Position numbers and translations under genes: made by a program
Assembly (NCBI GenBank): GCA_008690995.1
Contig: VRMN01000008.1
Location: 372,001 to 436,000, forward strand
Source of the DNA: Porphyridium purpureum
Lineage: Eukaryota
Direction of reading: 5' to 3'
Length of the DNA: 64,000 bases
In this document: one piece after another, positions 42,729-53,217 of the stretch
Layout: each line of letters opens with the position of its first letter
Numbering within the stretch: the first letter of the stretch is position 1
Notes under the pieces: generated by a model
What the model saw: the letters and a program-made list of their open reading frames with translations, nothing else
Databases searched by the model: none
What the model was told of the DNA's origin: nothing

Positions 42729-43184
42729 TCACATGAAGGCACGCGTGAAAGTCTGGGTCTCGACCTGCGAGACGCCGTCGATGGTGCCAACCTTGGCGAG
42801 GAATGACTCCTCAGGCTCGAATTTCTTGGCCTCCCAGTCGCCATACTTGTCGGCAGCGACCGAAGTGATGACCTTGAAGTCCAGGCACCCACCGCACACA
42901 ATGCGCTGTACGTCCTTGACGCCGTCCAGCGCCTTGAGCTTTGGCAGCACTTCGGTCAGCGCCTCCTGCGCGGTGGCCAGCGACTTCTTGTCGTTGTCGG
43001 TAGACCACTTGAAGCGCCACTCACGCGCGATCGTGTCAAACTCTACACCCTTGGTGATCTCGGCCATCATCAGTGGGCGGCTCGAGCGCACATGGCGCAC
43101 CGACTGGCGCGGCGCACAGGCCACCGCGGCGCGCTGCGCGGACGCGACTCGTCCCAATCCAATACCAGCGACAAAGGCCATCAT
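42729..43184 (-). CDS. Small plastid-targeted algal protein with a CGGC motif
   Basis: MMAFVAG transit peptide; mature part FDTIAREWRFKWS...VQRIVCGGCLDFKVI...VETQTFT; strong codon bias. Confidence 0.8.
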   Translation of the reverse strand: MMAFVAGIGLGRVASAQRAAVACAPRQSVRHVRSSRPLMMAEITKGVEFDTIAREWRFKWSTDNDKKSLATAQEALTEVLPKLKALDGVKDVQRIVCGGCLDFKVITSVAADKYGDWEAKKFEPEESFLAKVGTIDGVSQVETQTFTRAFM

Positions 43185-43452
43185 CTTCAGTCTGTCCTCC
43201 GTTCCACTCACACGCAACCTTTCCACGACAAACGCGACCGTACCACTGCAAAGATCCTGTGTCACTCGCACGTCAGACACAATCACCGAACCTAGCGAGT
43301 CTGCAACGCACCCACTTCTTCCCTCTATCCCTGTCCGATCACGTAGGCGATACACTTGTGCTCCCGCGATCTCTACACGATTCCACGTCGAGATCGCCGA
43401 AATTCACGTTCCATTCACGCCGCATCGCATCTGTTTCGGCGCTGCTCAGCTT

Positions 43453-46395
43453 TCACCTGTAAGAAAGAGAGCGGATTCCAGATGCCGGGCGTACTTTGCC
43501 CTGTCTGACTGGCGCCACGCGCTGCTTAACACGCGCAAATGGGTCGAAACCCGTCTTCGCCGTTGGCGCTCTGCCGCGTGTCCTCGAGGGCACCTGTGTA
43601 AACCGGCCACTGGGCGGCAGGGACGATTTGGCGCTCGGTGCGTCGAGATTGAAGGGCTCGTCAAAAAGCGGGCGCAAAGGTACATGTTGGCGAAGCATGG
43701 TGTCAGAGCTCGGCTCTCTGAGTATGTTCGAAAAGTCCTGATCTTTCGACGCATCGGCGTCAACTGTTGCGGTGTTTGCACCAGCCGCTCTTTCGCTAGG
43801 CGCCTCAGAAAGGCTTCTCGCGTCTCCTTCAGTCGACTTGCCGCTGACAAGGGCCTTCCTTGACCGTGCTCGTTTCTTCCCCTTTGAGGTTAACTCCTGA
43901 GGCGCGGTGCCATACCTTGCCAAAATCGAAAGGGGCAAAATCTGTTCTGCGGCTTCTCGATCTCGTTTTCCCGTAGATTGTGTTGCATGCTGATCCTCCT
44001 TTGCTTCTGCTCCTGAATCCTCCCGGATCTCGCTGCCGTCGTCCACAATATCGTCAGCACAGGTGATAACAACAGCATCCAAGCCAGTGGATGGCGAGTC
44101 GATGTCATTTTGCCCGCTGGTCCCTGAAGGGTCGACAGGTCCCGGCGGCGGTGAGTTGGTTTCCAGGTGCGGCGATGTATTTTCATCGGCCGCATCATGA
44201 ATACCAGCATCCACTTTGGTTGCGAAACCGCAGAACAAGCGCTCAGTCGCGCGCTGTATTTCCGTGTCAGCTTGCACGCGAAGCTGACTAGACACGGTCT
44301 CCGGGACGACCACTGACGCGATATGAGAATCGAGGAGATCCAAGAAGGGTCTAGATTTCTGACATGGCAATGATTCCGTCGAATGCTTTTCTTCGCGCGG
44401 TAAATCTTCGTGCCACGCCAGATTCGCAGTCAGTACACAAACCGCAGCATTCTTGGTGTCCCCCGACATAGGCGATTGAATAACATCTTTGCGATCACCT
44501 TCGCTATTACTTCCATCACGCTCTTCGCTATCATTTCCGCCATCCTCTTCGCCATCACGTGCACGATCACCTTCGCCATCACTCTCAAAAACGGTGTGTA
44601 CCGCACTCTTTCCCGGAACTTTGGGCCTCTGAGCGTCGTGAGGCTCCTCATCCGTACCGGAAACGAAAAACTGCTCTTCGTACTTGCCGCTTGCATTCGC
44701 GGCATCATGAACAAGCTCACAGAGAGAATCCATGTACCTTTTGATCAGCGGGCGAGCTTCAGGAACGACACCGTCCTCAAGGAGGCGCACCAAGTTCTTC
44801 TTCTCATGCGCCACGTTGGTCTTGCGAAACACAATGCGCAGCATCGAGCGTACCGGAAGCACAAAATGAGGATTCTCGTCCTCCTGCCTGGCGATCTTGT
44901 CCCGCCATTCCCACAGCGCATGCATCACTCGCTGCTGCGGTGCATCCCACGTGCTGGCGCCGCGTAGCAGGTCAAGCCGTCGCCATCCATTCGGGTCAAA
45001 GGCTGGCTTGTGGTACATTTGCAGACAAACCTCCAGGCTTCGGCAGAGCACGGCCTCAAAACACTCTGGTGGCTCTTGCGCGAGCAACATACGCAACTGA
45101 TCGTAGATATACAAGAGGTAGTGCGTGTCCGAGCGCGCGTAATCAAGCATCAAATCAGGCAGCGGACGTTGTCGCCAGTCCGATCGCTGAAAGCCCTTCT
45201 TGGTCGCGAACGTGTCGAGCCCGCAGAATTTGAGGAGCAGGTATGCGAGCGATTTCTTCGGCAAATCCAGTACCATGCTTGCTTCGCCCGTATCGAACAA
45301 GTTGACCACGTACATGCCAAAGTCGCGCTGCAGCCAGCCAATGTCTGAGCTGCGCGCGCCATGAAACACTTTAACCACGCGCTGGTCAAGAAATACCGGC
45401 GTCAGCAGCCGCATGTGCTCACGCAGAGCAATGGTGTCAATCACGTAGTCCTTCTGTCGCGTTGACAACTGCATCAGGCACGTAAATCCCTGATATGAGC
45501 GCTCCGAGTGCGCTTCAAGGTCTACCGCAATCTCGGTCAGGCGTAGTGCCTTGCTCGCCTCCTCAAGCTCTTGCGCAAGCCGCTCAAGTGCGTGTGGGGT
45601 ATCAATCCATTCGCATTCAGTGGATTCCCAATCCTCGTACATCTGCGCTTGCACGGGTACTTTCCGCGCAAATTCAAGCTGGCATTTGATGGCCTGCATG
45701 TTTTCCTCCAGGTACGGATGGGCTGAGCTCTGCACCCCCTCGGCGTGTTCCTGACGATTCTGTGCCGGTTCGTTATTGTTATTGTACACATACAGTCCCT
45801 GCAGATGGCGAAATGCATCGTCAATGACCTTGGGACTGCCATCTCGGGCGCTTTTTTCGCAATGCCGGCCCAGTTCTTGCCCTTGAGTCGAAAAAGACTC
45901 ATCCAGAGTCTTCGACCGACGCGTGGCGTGAAACTTGGGTACGAAGGGTGACGGACTATTGTCAATGGGCCAGTCGTAGAAGAGAAGTTGCGGTTTAGCC
46001 ACAGAGCGAAGACCCGCACTACTGCTGGCGACAAACCTGTCATGCGCAATCGTGCAACCATCAGAATTCACTTGGCGGCTCCGTTGCAGAGCCTGCTCGG
46101 CCAAATCCAAATGGCGCTCTGAATACTCGGCAGCCAATTGAAACAAAGGTTCAATCTCAGCAGCTGCATCACCGCCATCGCCACCAAGCCCATGCAGGTC
46201 ACGCACGCACCCACTCACGACTCGCAGCATACGGTCCAGGCCCTGTGCAAAGTTACTCGACAACAACCTTGCCTCGTCCACACTCGCCGCGTCCATCGGC
46301 AACTCATTGGCGATTCCACACGCCTGCGCGCTTTCAGAAACCAGCGCTCCCGCCATCTGGCGCGCGCGCTCCTTTTGCACAGCTCCCCCATCCAT
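43453..46395 (-). CDS. RRP6: Exosome 3'-5' exonuclease Rrp6/EXOSC10
   Basis: KPQL.F...IDNS..PFVPK, HPY, EIAVDLEAHSERSYQGFTCLMQLSTR, WLQRDFG, DWRQRPLP, YARSDTHYLLYIYD, HRDC domain WRDKIARQEDE. Confidence 0.95.
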   Translation of the reverse strand: MDGGAVQKERARQMAGALVSESAQACGIANELPMDAASVDEARLLSSNFAQGLDRMLRVVSGCVRDLHGLGGDGGDAAAEIEPLFQLAAEYSERHLDLAEQALQRSRQVNSDGCTIAHDRFVASSSAGLRSVAKPQLLFYDWPIDNSPSPFVPKFHATRRSKTLDESFSTQGQELGRHCEKSARDGSPKVIDDAFRHLQGLYVYNNNNEPAQNRQEHAEGVQSSAHPYLEENMQAIKCQLEFARKVPVQAQMYEDWESTECEWIDTPHALERLAQELEEASKALRLTEIAVDLEAHSERSYQGFTCLMQLSTRQKDYVIDTIALREHMRLLTPVFLDQRVVKVFHGARSSDIGWLQRDFGMYVVNLFDTGEASMVLDLPKKSLAYLLLKFCGLDTFATKKGFQRSDWRQRPLPDLMLDYARSDTHYLLYIYDQLRMLLAQEPPECFEAVLCRSLEVCLQMYHKPAFDPNGWRRLDLLRGASTWDAPQQRVMHALWEWRDKIARQEDENPHFVLPVRSMLRIVFRKTNVAHEKKNLVRLLEDGVVPEARPLIKRYMDSLCELVHDAANASGKYEEQFFVSGTDEEPHDAQRPKVPGKSAVHTVFESDGEGDRARDGEEDGGNDSEERDGSNSEGDRKDVIQSPMSGDTKNAAVCVLTANLAWHEDLPREEKHSTESLPCQKSRPFLDLLDSHIASVVVPETVSSQLRVQADTEIQRATERLFCGFATKVDAGIHDAADENTSPHLETNSPPPGPVDPSGTSGQNDIDSPSTGLDAVVITCADDIVDDGSEIREDSGAEAKEDQHATQSTGKRDREAAEQILPLSILARYGTAPQELTSKGKKRARSRKALVSGKSTEGDARSLSEAPSERAAGANTATVDADASKDQDFSNILREPSSDTMLRQHVPLRPLFDEPFNLDAPSAKSSLPPSGRFTQVPSRTRGRAPTAKTGFDPFARVKQRVAPVRQGKVRPASGIRSLSYR

Positions 46396-46499
46396 AGCAA
46401 CTATACTGTCTCTGTCTATGTCTCTCTCTCTCTCTCGTTCTCTCTCTCGGCTGCTGGTCGTCCGCTGCTGCCGCGGACACCGGCCGGAAACAGGCCAGA

Positions 46500-46573
46500 C
46501 TGTACCCTTAAACTGTACATACAATGAGGTACAGTGTCCAACTGAACAAACCCTAGGACCGTAGGAACCCTAG
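46500..46573. promoter_or_regulatory. Divergent promoter (RRP6/CNNM) with GTAC cores and telo-box-like AACCCTA motifs
   Basis: GTAC at 46502, 46515 and 46529; AAACCCTAG at 46548 and AACCCTAG at 46566. Confidence 0.5.
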
Positions 46574-46834
46574 CGGTGTCGCGTCAAAACGAAAATTTTG
46601 GCGGGTGGCGGCGTGCGCACCGGGGGACGACGCGGGGTCTGTGGGTGAGGCGGTGGGCGACGGCGTTGCGCGCAGCGGAAGGGAAAGAGACAGCGTCTGC
46701 GTGGAGGCGCGCGACCGCGCGCGCGGGGTTTTGTATCTGTGCGCGCAAAGAGGCGCGCAGAAACGCTCGCGACCCTGTGTGTGTTTGTGTCTGGATGTGG
46801 GTGTACAAGTGTGCGCGAGTGAGTGAGTGCAAGG

Positions 46835-48673
46835 ATGGATGCTTGTGGAGAAGAGTCGACGCCTGCGTTTTTGAACGCGCTGCCGGTGCCCTTGTTGTGG
46901 GTAATGCTGTTTGGTTGCTTGGGCATGGCCGCATTTGCGTCGGGTATGACGCTCGGGCTCATGTCGCTCGACTCGATTCAGATTGAGGTGTTGGAAAAGT
47001 CGGGCACGGAGGAGACGCGCAAGCTGGCGGGCCGGATTCGGCCGTTGCGGGCAATGGGCAATCAGCTACTGGTGACACTTCTGCTCACGAATTCGTTGGC
47101 GGCTGAGCTGTTGCCACTGGTCATGGACACATTGCTCCCCGGCGGAGTGCTCTCATTGGTGCTTTCCGTCTTTTCGATCATGCTCTTTGGTGAGATTCTG
47201 CCTCAGTCAGTGTGTTCCAGGTACGGTCTCAAGATTGGCGGCAACTTGGCCGGACTCGTGCACTTGCTGATTAAGCTCATGAGTCCGATTGCCTACCCCG
47301 TAGGCAAGGCGCTCGACCTCATGCTCGGACATGAAATGGGCAGACCGTACCGGCGCGACGAATTGAAAGGCCTGATAGAATGCCACTCGCGATCAAAGTA
47401 CGGCATGCTAACGGAAGAAGAGACCGGTATTCTCCAGGCTACGCTCGAGTTTGGCACCAAGACTGTGGCACAATGCATGACAAAAGAGGTGAACTGTTTT
47501 ATGCTGGACATTGACGGCACCTTGGACTACGAGACATTGAAGAAAATTTTGCGCAGCGGGCACTCGCGCATTCCGCTCTACGAAGGCAAAAAGTCAAACG
47601 TCCTGGGGCTATTGATGATCAAGCAGCTACTGCTGATCGACCCGAAGGACAATGTGCCGATCCGCGTGGTGGTGAGTCGTCAGCACGGCTCTCGCAAGCA
47701 ACGCGTGGGGCCCGTGTTAGCCACAGGGTGTAACACGTCACTGATTGACATGCTGAATGAATTCCAGACGGGTCGCAGCCACATGGCGCTCGTGTATGAT
47801 GATGTAAGCAAGCCGCCCAAGAAGCGCAAGCTTTTGGGACTGGTTACGTTAGAGGATATCGTGGAGGAGATTTTACAGGAGGAAATTGTGGACGAGACCG
47901 ACGTGTACGTATCGAATGAGAACGATTCAATGCCCGTGTATCGGCGTGGCTGCGATGGCAAGCTGCACCGTACACTGGTCCGCGCGACGCAAGTGGCCAA
48001 AGGTGACATGGAATATCGGCCGCTGGATCGCAACGCGATATTATCGTCGCGTAGCTCTTCCTTGGATAGCTTTCGCTCCGCCTCACGCACTGAGAATTTG
48101 CATGCGTCCTTAGGCACACAGCCTTCTGCGCGTCGTAGCTCGCGGGTGATGCGATTGAAATTGCCGAAGCATTTGATGTCCGAGGATGAAGCTGAATCTG
48201 ACGAAGACGACACGTATCCGTCGCCCCAACCAAACATGAAGCGGAGCGCTTCAGATTATGCTGCACGAAAGGAGACCGTCTCGACGCCGACGCGTGAGGA
48301 CCTTGAGGCGCAACTAAATGAAAACGCTGGTTCGTCCTTTACTCAAGGAAAGCAGACTCGTCTGTCATTTGAGATTCCAGACATGGACACTTCATGTCAT
48401 GCTGACGATGCTCGGCTTCAGGAATCCAAGAGTGATGAAAGCGTAGATGCTGAACGCACTGGCGATCTTGCTTCTGATAATCGCGAAACGGAGCCTCACG
48501 CTCTGAATGATTCATCGCCCAGATCGGCTCCTGTTGATCTTGATTATCACGTACACGAGTCTGAAGCGTCACCAAATAGCTCAAGAAGCCTCGGTGATGT
48601 TGAAATGAGTTTCTCCCCGCGGTCTAGCAGCCGTGGTAGCGTGAAACCGATTTATGATGAGGATTTAGATTGA
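46835..48673 (+). CDS. CNNM/DUF21-CBS metal (Mg2+) transporter, Mam3-like
   Basis: SGMTLGLMSLD, LLVTLLLTN, FGEILPQSVC, CBS pair GHSRIPLY, FQTGRSHMA and GLVTLEDIVEEILQEEIVDETD. Confidence 0.95.
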   Translation: MDACGEESTPAFLNALPVPLLWVMLFGCLGMAAFASGMTLGLMSLDSIQIEVLEKSGTEETRKLAGRIRPLRAMGNQLLVTLLLTNSLAAELLPLVMDTLLPGGVLSLVLSVFSIMLFGEILPQSVCSRYGLKIGGNLAGLVHLLIKLMSPIAYPVGKALDLMLGHEMGRPYRRDELKGLIECHSRSKYGMLTEEETGILQATLEFGTKTVAQCMTKEVNCFMLDIDGTLDYETLKKILRSGHSRIPLYEGKKSNVLGLLMIKQLLLIDPKDNVPIRVVVSRQHGSRKQRVGPVLATGCNTSLIDMLNEFQTGRSHMALVYDDVSKPPKKRKLLGLVTLEDIVEEILQEEIVDETDVYVSNENDSMPVYRRGCDGKLHRTLVRATQVAKGDMEYRPLDRNAILSSRSSSLDSFRSASRTENLHASLGTQPSARRSSRVMRLKLPKHLMSEDEAESDEDDTYPSPQPNMKRSASDYAARKETVSTPTREDLEAQLNENAGSSFTQGKQTRLSFEIPDMDTSCHADDARLQESKSDESVDAERTGDLASDNRETEPHALNDSSPRSAPVDLDYHVHESEASPNSSRSLGDVEMSFSPRSSSRGSVKPIYDEDLD

Positions 48674-48990
48674 GCGCCCGATGTGAGACACGCCACACAA
48701 GAGCCGCGCAGTTGGTTTTCGACGGGTTGATGAAGTAGCGTGCTTATATACTCCCACGAGGGTGGCAGGTTTTTGCATGCTTATTTGACTGATTTTCTCC
48801 CCGCGCCCCAGAAGTTTTGGAGCAAGATTCGGATCTGAGAGGTAAGTGAAGTCAGACATTCGCGCCACGCGCGCACCGCCGCCAGCGCCGCTTGGGAGTA
48901 AGAGATGCGCATGAAAATTAAACAGTTTGTGCAGCGAAAAGGTAGACTCTTCTTTTACAGCTACATAGTCTTGGCCCACGCCGCAGGGAA

Positions 48991-49635
48991 TCAAAATGGC
49001 CCAATTTGTTGCGAGACGCTAGCGCTGATGCCGGGGATTTTGTCAGGATACTCGCCCTGCAGGTTGGAAATGGTCGCATAGATGACGCATGCGACCAGCC
49101 CATAAAACACAGTGTTGTTGACTCCTTCAACAATCACGGCGGGCGCGCGACTTCCCAATCCATTGAATAGGTTTGGAATGATGGTGAGAATATCAAGCAG
49201 GATGGCTTGCTGGGTGTTGAATCGGATGAAGCGCGGCACATTCTGGTTCCTGACCACCAAAATAAACAGCGCAAGAAAGATTCCGAACGCAAGGAACGGC
49301 GTACCGCGATACACTTCCAGCAGCGGAACCAACGGCCCGAGAACCACTGTCGAGTAGGGCACTTTTTCAAACACGTACTTTCCGTACACCAACGAGTCAA
49401 GCAGCGGCACGAGGTACGGCAGCGTCCCCAAAACTCTATCGATTGGCCCGGGCTTTCCTCCTCCTCGTCCCCACATCTGCATCGTCACGGACGAGCCAAC
49501 TCGCGCGTGCGTGCGCGAACGCGTTCGCGCCGGTCCACTCACTCCGCACACCGCACCATGTCCCGCGCTAGCCGCAGCTCGAACCAATCCAAGGCTGGCG
49601 CCGCATCCGGCCGTAAAGGCTACCATAACTCCCAT
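48991..49635 (-). CDS. TIC20: Tic20/Ycf60-family plastid inner-envelope import protein
   Basis: LPYLVPLLD, FILVVRNQNVPRFIRFNTQQAILLDI, GEYPDKIPGIS; MVAF transit peptide. Confidence 0.92.
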   Translation of the reverse strand: MGVMVAFTAGCGASLGLVRAAASAGHGAVCGVSGPARTRSRTHARVGSSVTMQMWGRGGGKPGPIDRVLGTLPYLVPLLDSLVYGKYVFEKVPYSTVVLGPLVPLLEVYRGTPFLAFGIFLALFILVVRNQNVPRFIRFNTQQAILLDILTIIPNLFNGLGSRAPAVIVEGVNNTVFYGLVACVIYATISNLQGEYPDKIPGISASVSQQIGPF

Positions 49636-49787
49636 CTCGACTCTTCTCCAGCCTGCTTCGGTCGTCAGTCCGTCTGCCCTTCCCCCTCCAGCTCGCTCAA
49701 CTTGAGTGCAGATCATAAGTAGTTAATTTTCCTACTAAACCGCGCTGTGTTGATATCAACATTCACGTCCTTTAGCCAACGTCACAC

Positions 49788-51062
49788 ATGCCGGCGCACG
49801 GGGTTCAGCGAGAGAGCCGGACTCGATTTGTGCGAGAAAGCGCGTCCAGAAGGCAGGAGGGATTGGCCATGGCGGACCAAAGCGTCCTCGGTCGCGCAAC
49901 AGCGCCCGATGTGATTAATCTTGGAAAGGGGCACCCGCACCGCTCGCTCCTGGACCTGGAGTCTGTGTGTGCGGCGTTCAGCCGCGCGGTTCAACGCCCA
50001 GATGCCGCGATGAACATGATGCAGTACGGCCCAGGTGAAGGGAATGCAGACATGTTGAAGAGCATTCGACAGTGCTTTCACCCGAATGCACCGTCGGGCT
50101 CACTCTTGGTCACGAATGGGAGTGGACAGGCTTTGGATTTGGTGTGTTGCCTCTTCAGCCAGCCGGGCGACGTGATCTTTGTCGACTCGCCGTCGTATTT
50201 CCTCGCATTCTTTACGTTCAAGGATCACCGGCTTGTGGTGCGCGATGTGCCTACGGGCAAGCATGGCATGGACTTGGACGCCCTCGAAGTTACACTGAAG
50301 GAGACGACCCCAGACAAGCGACCAAAGCTGTTGTACACCGTGCCTGTGGGGAATAATCCGAACGGTACCTCGATGACCGTGCCACAGATGCAGCGCCTTG
50401 TGGCACTTTCGCGTGACTATGGCTTCAAGATTATTGCGGATGAGGTGTACCGCTTCCTCACCTTTCCGGAAACGGAGCCGACGTTGCCTAGTCTCTTCGA
50501 GTTTGACGACCCGGCCAATCCAACCGTGTTCTCCCTCAATTCATTCTCGAAGCTGCTTGGGCCAGGTGTACGGCTCGGATGGATCCACACAGCGCCATCG
50601 CATGTTGAGAAGATGTGTAGCGGCGGACTGCTGCTCAGCGGCGGTGGCCTCAATCCGTTTACATCAGAAATCGTCAACGAGATGCTTGAGGGTGGCGAGC
50701 AGTTGCGCATCATTGCGCATCTGCGCAAGACTTACACATCCAATGTCGCGGTCATGTGCGATGCACTCGACAAGCACGTACTGCCGCTCAAGCCAGGCAT
50801 CACGTACAATCGACCGACTGGTGGCTTCTTTCTGTGGCTCGAGTTTCCGCCGAACTCCATCGACACCTGGGAGCTTAATGAACTTGCACAGACGAAATTC
50901 GGCGTCTCATTTTTCCCCGGTGCCAAGTTCAGCTCGACAGGGCGCGGCACCCGACTGGACTCGGCGCTGAGAATCTGCTTTGCGTACCTTGACCAAGCCC
51001 AAATTGTCGAAGGTGTGCAGCGACTCTCGCTCGCTGTGAAGGAGGCGTACTCACTGGTGTAG
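49788..51062 (+). CDS. PLP-dependent class I/II aminotransferase (LysN/Aro8/2-aminoadipate transaminase-like)
   Basis: INLGKGHP, MQYG, VTNGSGQAL, NNPNGT, ADEVY, SFSKLLGPGVRLGW, GGFFLW and LRICF. The true start may be ATG 49869. Confidence 0.92.
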   Translation: MPAHGVQRESRTRFVRESASRRQEGLAMADQSVLGRATAPDVINLGKGHPHRSLLDLESVCAAFSRAVQRPDAAMNMMQYGPGEGNADMLKSIRQCFHPNAPSGSLLVTNGSGQALDLVCCLFSQPGDVIFVDSPSYFLAFFTFKDHRLVVRDVPTGKHGMDLDALEVTLKETTPDKRPKLLYTVPVGNNPNGTSMTVPQMQRLVALSRDYGFKIIADEVYRFLTFPETEPTLPSLFEFDDPANPTVFSLNSFSKLLGPGVRLGWIHTAPSHVEKMCSGGLLLSGGGLNPFTSEIVNEMLEGGEQLRIIAHLRKTYTSNVAVMCDALDKHVLPLKPGITYNRPTGGFFLWLEFPPNSIDTWELNELAQTKFGVSFFPGAKFSSTGRGTRLDSALRICFAYLDQAQIVEGVQRLSLAVKEAYSLV

Positions 51063-51097
51063 AAATAAAAGTGCGCGTTCCGGTACTGAATGTGAAA

Positions 51098-52003
51098 ATG
51101 GAAGCGACTCGTGCGGTCTCATTTGTGTTGACCTCCTCGTTCCAAAGCAGATCAGCTGCGCTACGCGGACTTGAACAAGCCGACCGCCTTTCGGGCTGCG
51201 GATTGTGCCGGGTCAACGCGAACGTGGCGTTGCCGCGCGCGACGGTGCGATGCTCGTTGGACGCTTCGCTCCGTGGGGTTAAGGAGGCGCTGGGCGTGCG
51301 CGCGCTGACTTACTTGTCGAGCGTGTCTGCGAGCGAGCACTCAAATCCATCGGTTCAGTCTCCCCCAAGACGCCAACTTGGCAGCGCGGTCTGGGCACGC
51401 GTTCTGTCCATCCCGCCCAATGCCATGACTTTCGCTGGCTTGTGTGTTGGTTTACTGTGCGCGTGTTTGTGCGTATCTGGCTCGCGTGCGCACCAAGATG
51501 CTGCGCTCCTTTTCTGGGCTGTCAACCGGCTTCTCGATGGCATGGACGGCGTCCTGGCAAGATTCTCAGGAAAGGCGTCCGACTGGGGTGCTCTGCTTGA
51601 CATCTCTTGCGATTTCGTGGTATACGCGGCCATTCCTATTGGCCTGGTGGTCGGCTGCAGAGGTCTGGATGCATTGTCTACCGCGCGCCTTTTCATGTCG
51701 CTGGCGTTTCTGCTTGCGTCCTACTTTGTGAATAATGGAGTTCTCTTCTATCTATCGGCCCTGCTCGAAAAACGAAAGGCAGGCGCAGAAGCCCGCGGCG
51801 AGCGCACTTCCGTCACAATGTGCGACGCGCTGATTGGCGGTTCGGAAACTGTTCTGGCGTATTGCTTCATGTTCTGGGCACGGCGCACATCGGCTCAAGC
51901 GCTTGCCTTCACTTTTGACGTATTTTCGTTTCTTGTGGGTATCACTGCACTACAACGACTCGTGTGGGCGCGTGCCGCGCTGACCGGCGACAAGAATGCG
52001 TAA
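51098..52003 (+). CDS. CDP-alcohol phosphatidyltransferase family protein (bacterial YnjF-like) with an N-terminal extension
   Basis: IPPNAMT and the signature LDGMDGVLAR....SDWGALLDISCD; LIGGSET. Confidence 0.88.
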   Translation: MEATRAVSFVLTSSFQSRSAALRGLEQADRLSGCGLCRVNANVALPRATVRCSLDASLRGVKEALGVRALTYLSSVSASEHSNPSVQSPPRRQLGSAVWARVLSIPPNAMTFAGLCVGLLCACLCVSGSRAHQDAALLFWAVNRLLDGMDGVLARFSGKASDWGALLDISCDFVVYAAIPIGLVVGCRGLDALSTARLFMSLAFLLASYFVNNGVLFYLSALLEKRKAGAEARGERTSVTMCDALIGGSETVLAYCFMFWARRTSAQALAFTFDVFSFLVGITALQRLVWARAALTGDKNA

Positions 52004-52069
52004 CCAGATTTGCCACACGCGCCAAGCGTGCCCGGTTGCAATCTTTCTTTTTCTTCTTCGGTTTATTGT

Positions 52070-52846
52070 TTATAGGAGCATAAGCAGCAAATAGATGGAG
52101 ATCACCAACACCACAATGACTAAAGTACAACAAAAGCATTTCCGCCGACGCTGCCGCTTCGCGTGTGCCTGTTCTAGATGGCGCTCACCCTTAGTCACGT
52201 ATTCGCCAGCGCTCTCAATGTCCAGCGCCACTTGGTCTACTTGCTTACCTTGCTCTTGGGTCAGGACGTGCAACTCTTGCATCACCTCACGGATGTCAAG
52301 CAGCGAGTTTTGTATGTGGCGCATTTCGGCGTCACGCTCCTCGATCACCTCGAAATTCGTCTGAGCTTCTCGTTCCAGCGCCGCATACTTTGTGCCTTGG
52401 GATTGCTGCTGCTGCTGCTGCTGCTGAGCTAACAGTAAGGGCGTCTTGGCCTGAGGCGCACGCGTGGTCAGGGACGCCTGACTTGCCGCATCATTTGAAC
52501 CTCGTTGCCTACGCTCTTCTTCCTGCTCCAAGGCGACCTGGTTCGCAAGCAATATCGGCTCGCACTGCTTTGCTAGCGAGAAGAAATCGTCAAGCACTGC
52601 CGCTAGATCAGCTTTCAGCTTGCGTTCAAGCTGTGACTCAGACACACCACTTCTAGACGCCTTGGACGCCTTGGATTCCCGTAAGAGCTGTGCGCCGCGC
52701 GTCGCAGCCGCCTCATTGCGCCGAAGTGCGTCGCGCACAAACGCCGCATGTTGCGCCGCGGGCTCTTGCTGTATCGCGCGCGCAAGCTGCTCATTTGTCT
52801 CTTCGATACCGCGCACCAGTTCGCGCAGCTCAAGCGCCTGCGACAT
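52070..52846 (-). CDS. Qa-SNARE syntaxin (Pep12/SYP2/STX7-like)
   Basis: IEERDAEMRHIQNSLLDIREVMQELHVLTQEQGKQVDQV with the zero-layer Q, and a C-terminal TM anchor. Confidence 0.9.
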   Translation of the reverse strand: MSQALELRELVRGIEETNEQLARAIQQEPAAQHAAFVRDALRRNEAAATRGAQLLRESKASKASRSGVSESQLERKLKADLAAVLDDFFSLAKQCEPILLANQVALEQEEERRQRGSNDAASQASLTTRAPQAKTPLLLAQQQQQQQQSQGTKYAALEREAQTNFEVIEERDAEMRHIQNSLLDIREVMQELHVLTQEQGKQVDQVALDIESAGEYVTKGERHLEQAHAKRQRRRKCFCCTLVIVVLVISIYLLLMLL

Positions 52847-53217
52847 GAGTGATGCCCACGAAGTGATTTACGCGTGTTCCTTTTCCTCTCCACGGCTGCC
52901 TCCGCTGTCGAGGCACTCGGGATCCTATTTGGTAGTTTAACGAATACTGAGAAATTCCTGCGACAACAGCCACCTTTTACATTCCTAGCTTGACGAATGA
53001 CGACTCTAAACATGCTCGCTCACGCTCGACTCAAGCCAGAAGCTAGACCATGGCGGCACTGCAGAACGAACGTTCTCATCTAGACCAATAATGCGTGGGC
53101 GGCCGACGCCTCCACAAATAACCTTTCGAGTCAAATGATGACGAAGAATGCTCACCGCCCGTATCTGGCCCGCGCTGGCACAGAAGCATATCGGATGGTG
53201 CCAGAGACGAACAGGTC

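Noticed and set aside
42328..43863. 511-aa plus-strand ORF
   Set aside because: It is the antisense shadow of three minus-strand genes, with no ATG start or recognisable motif.
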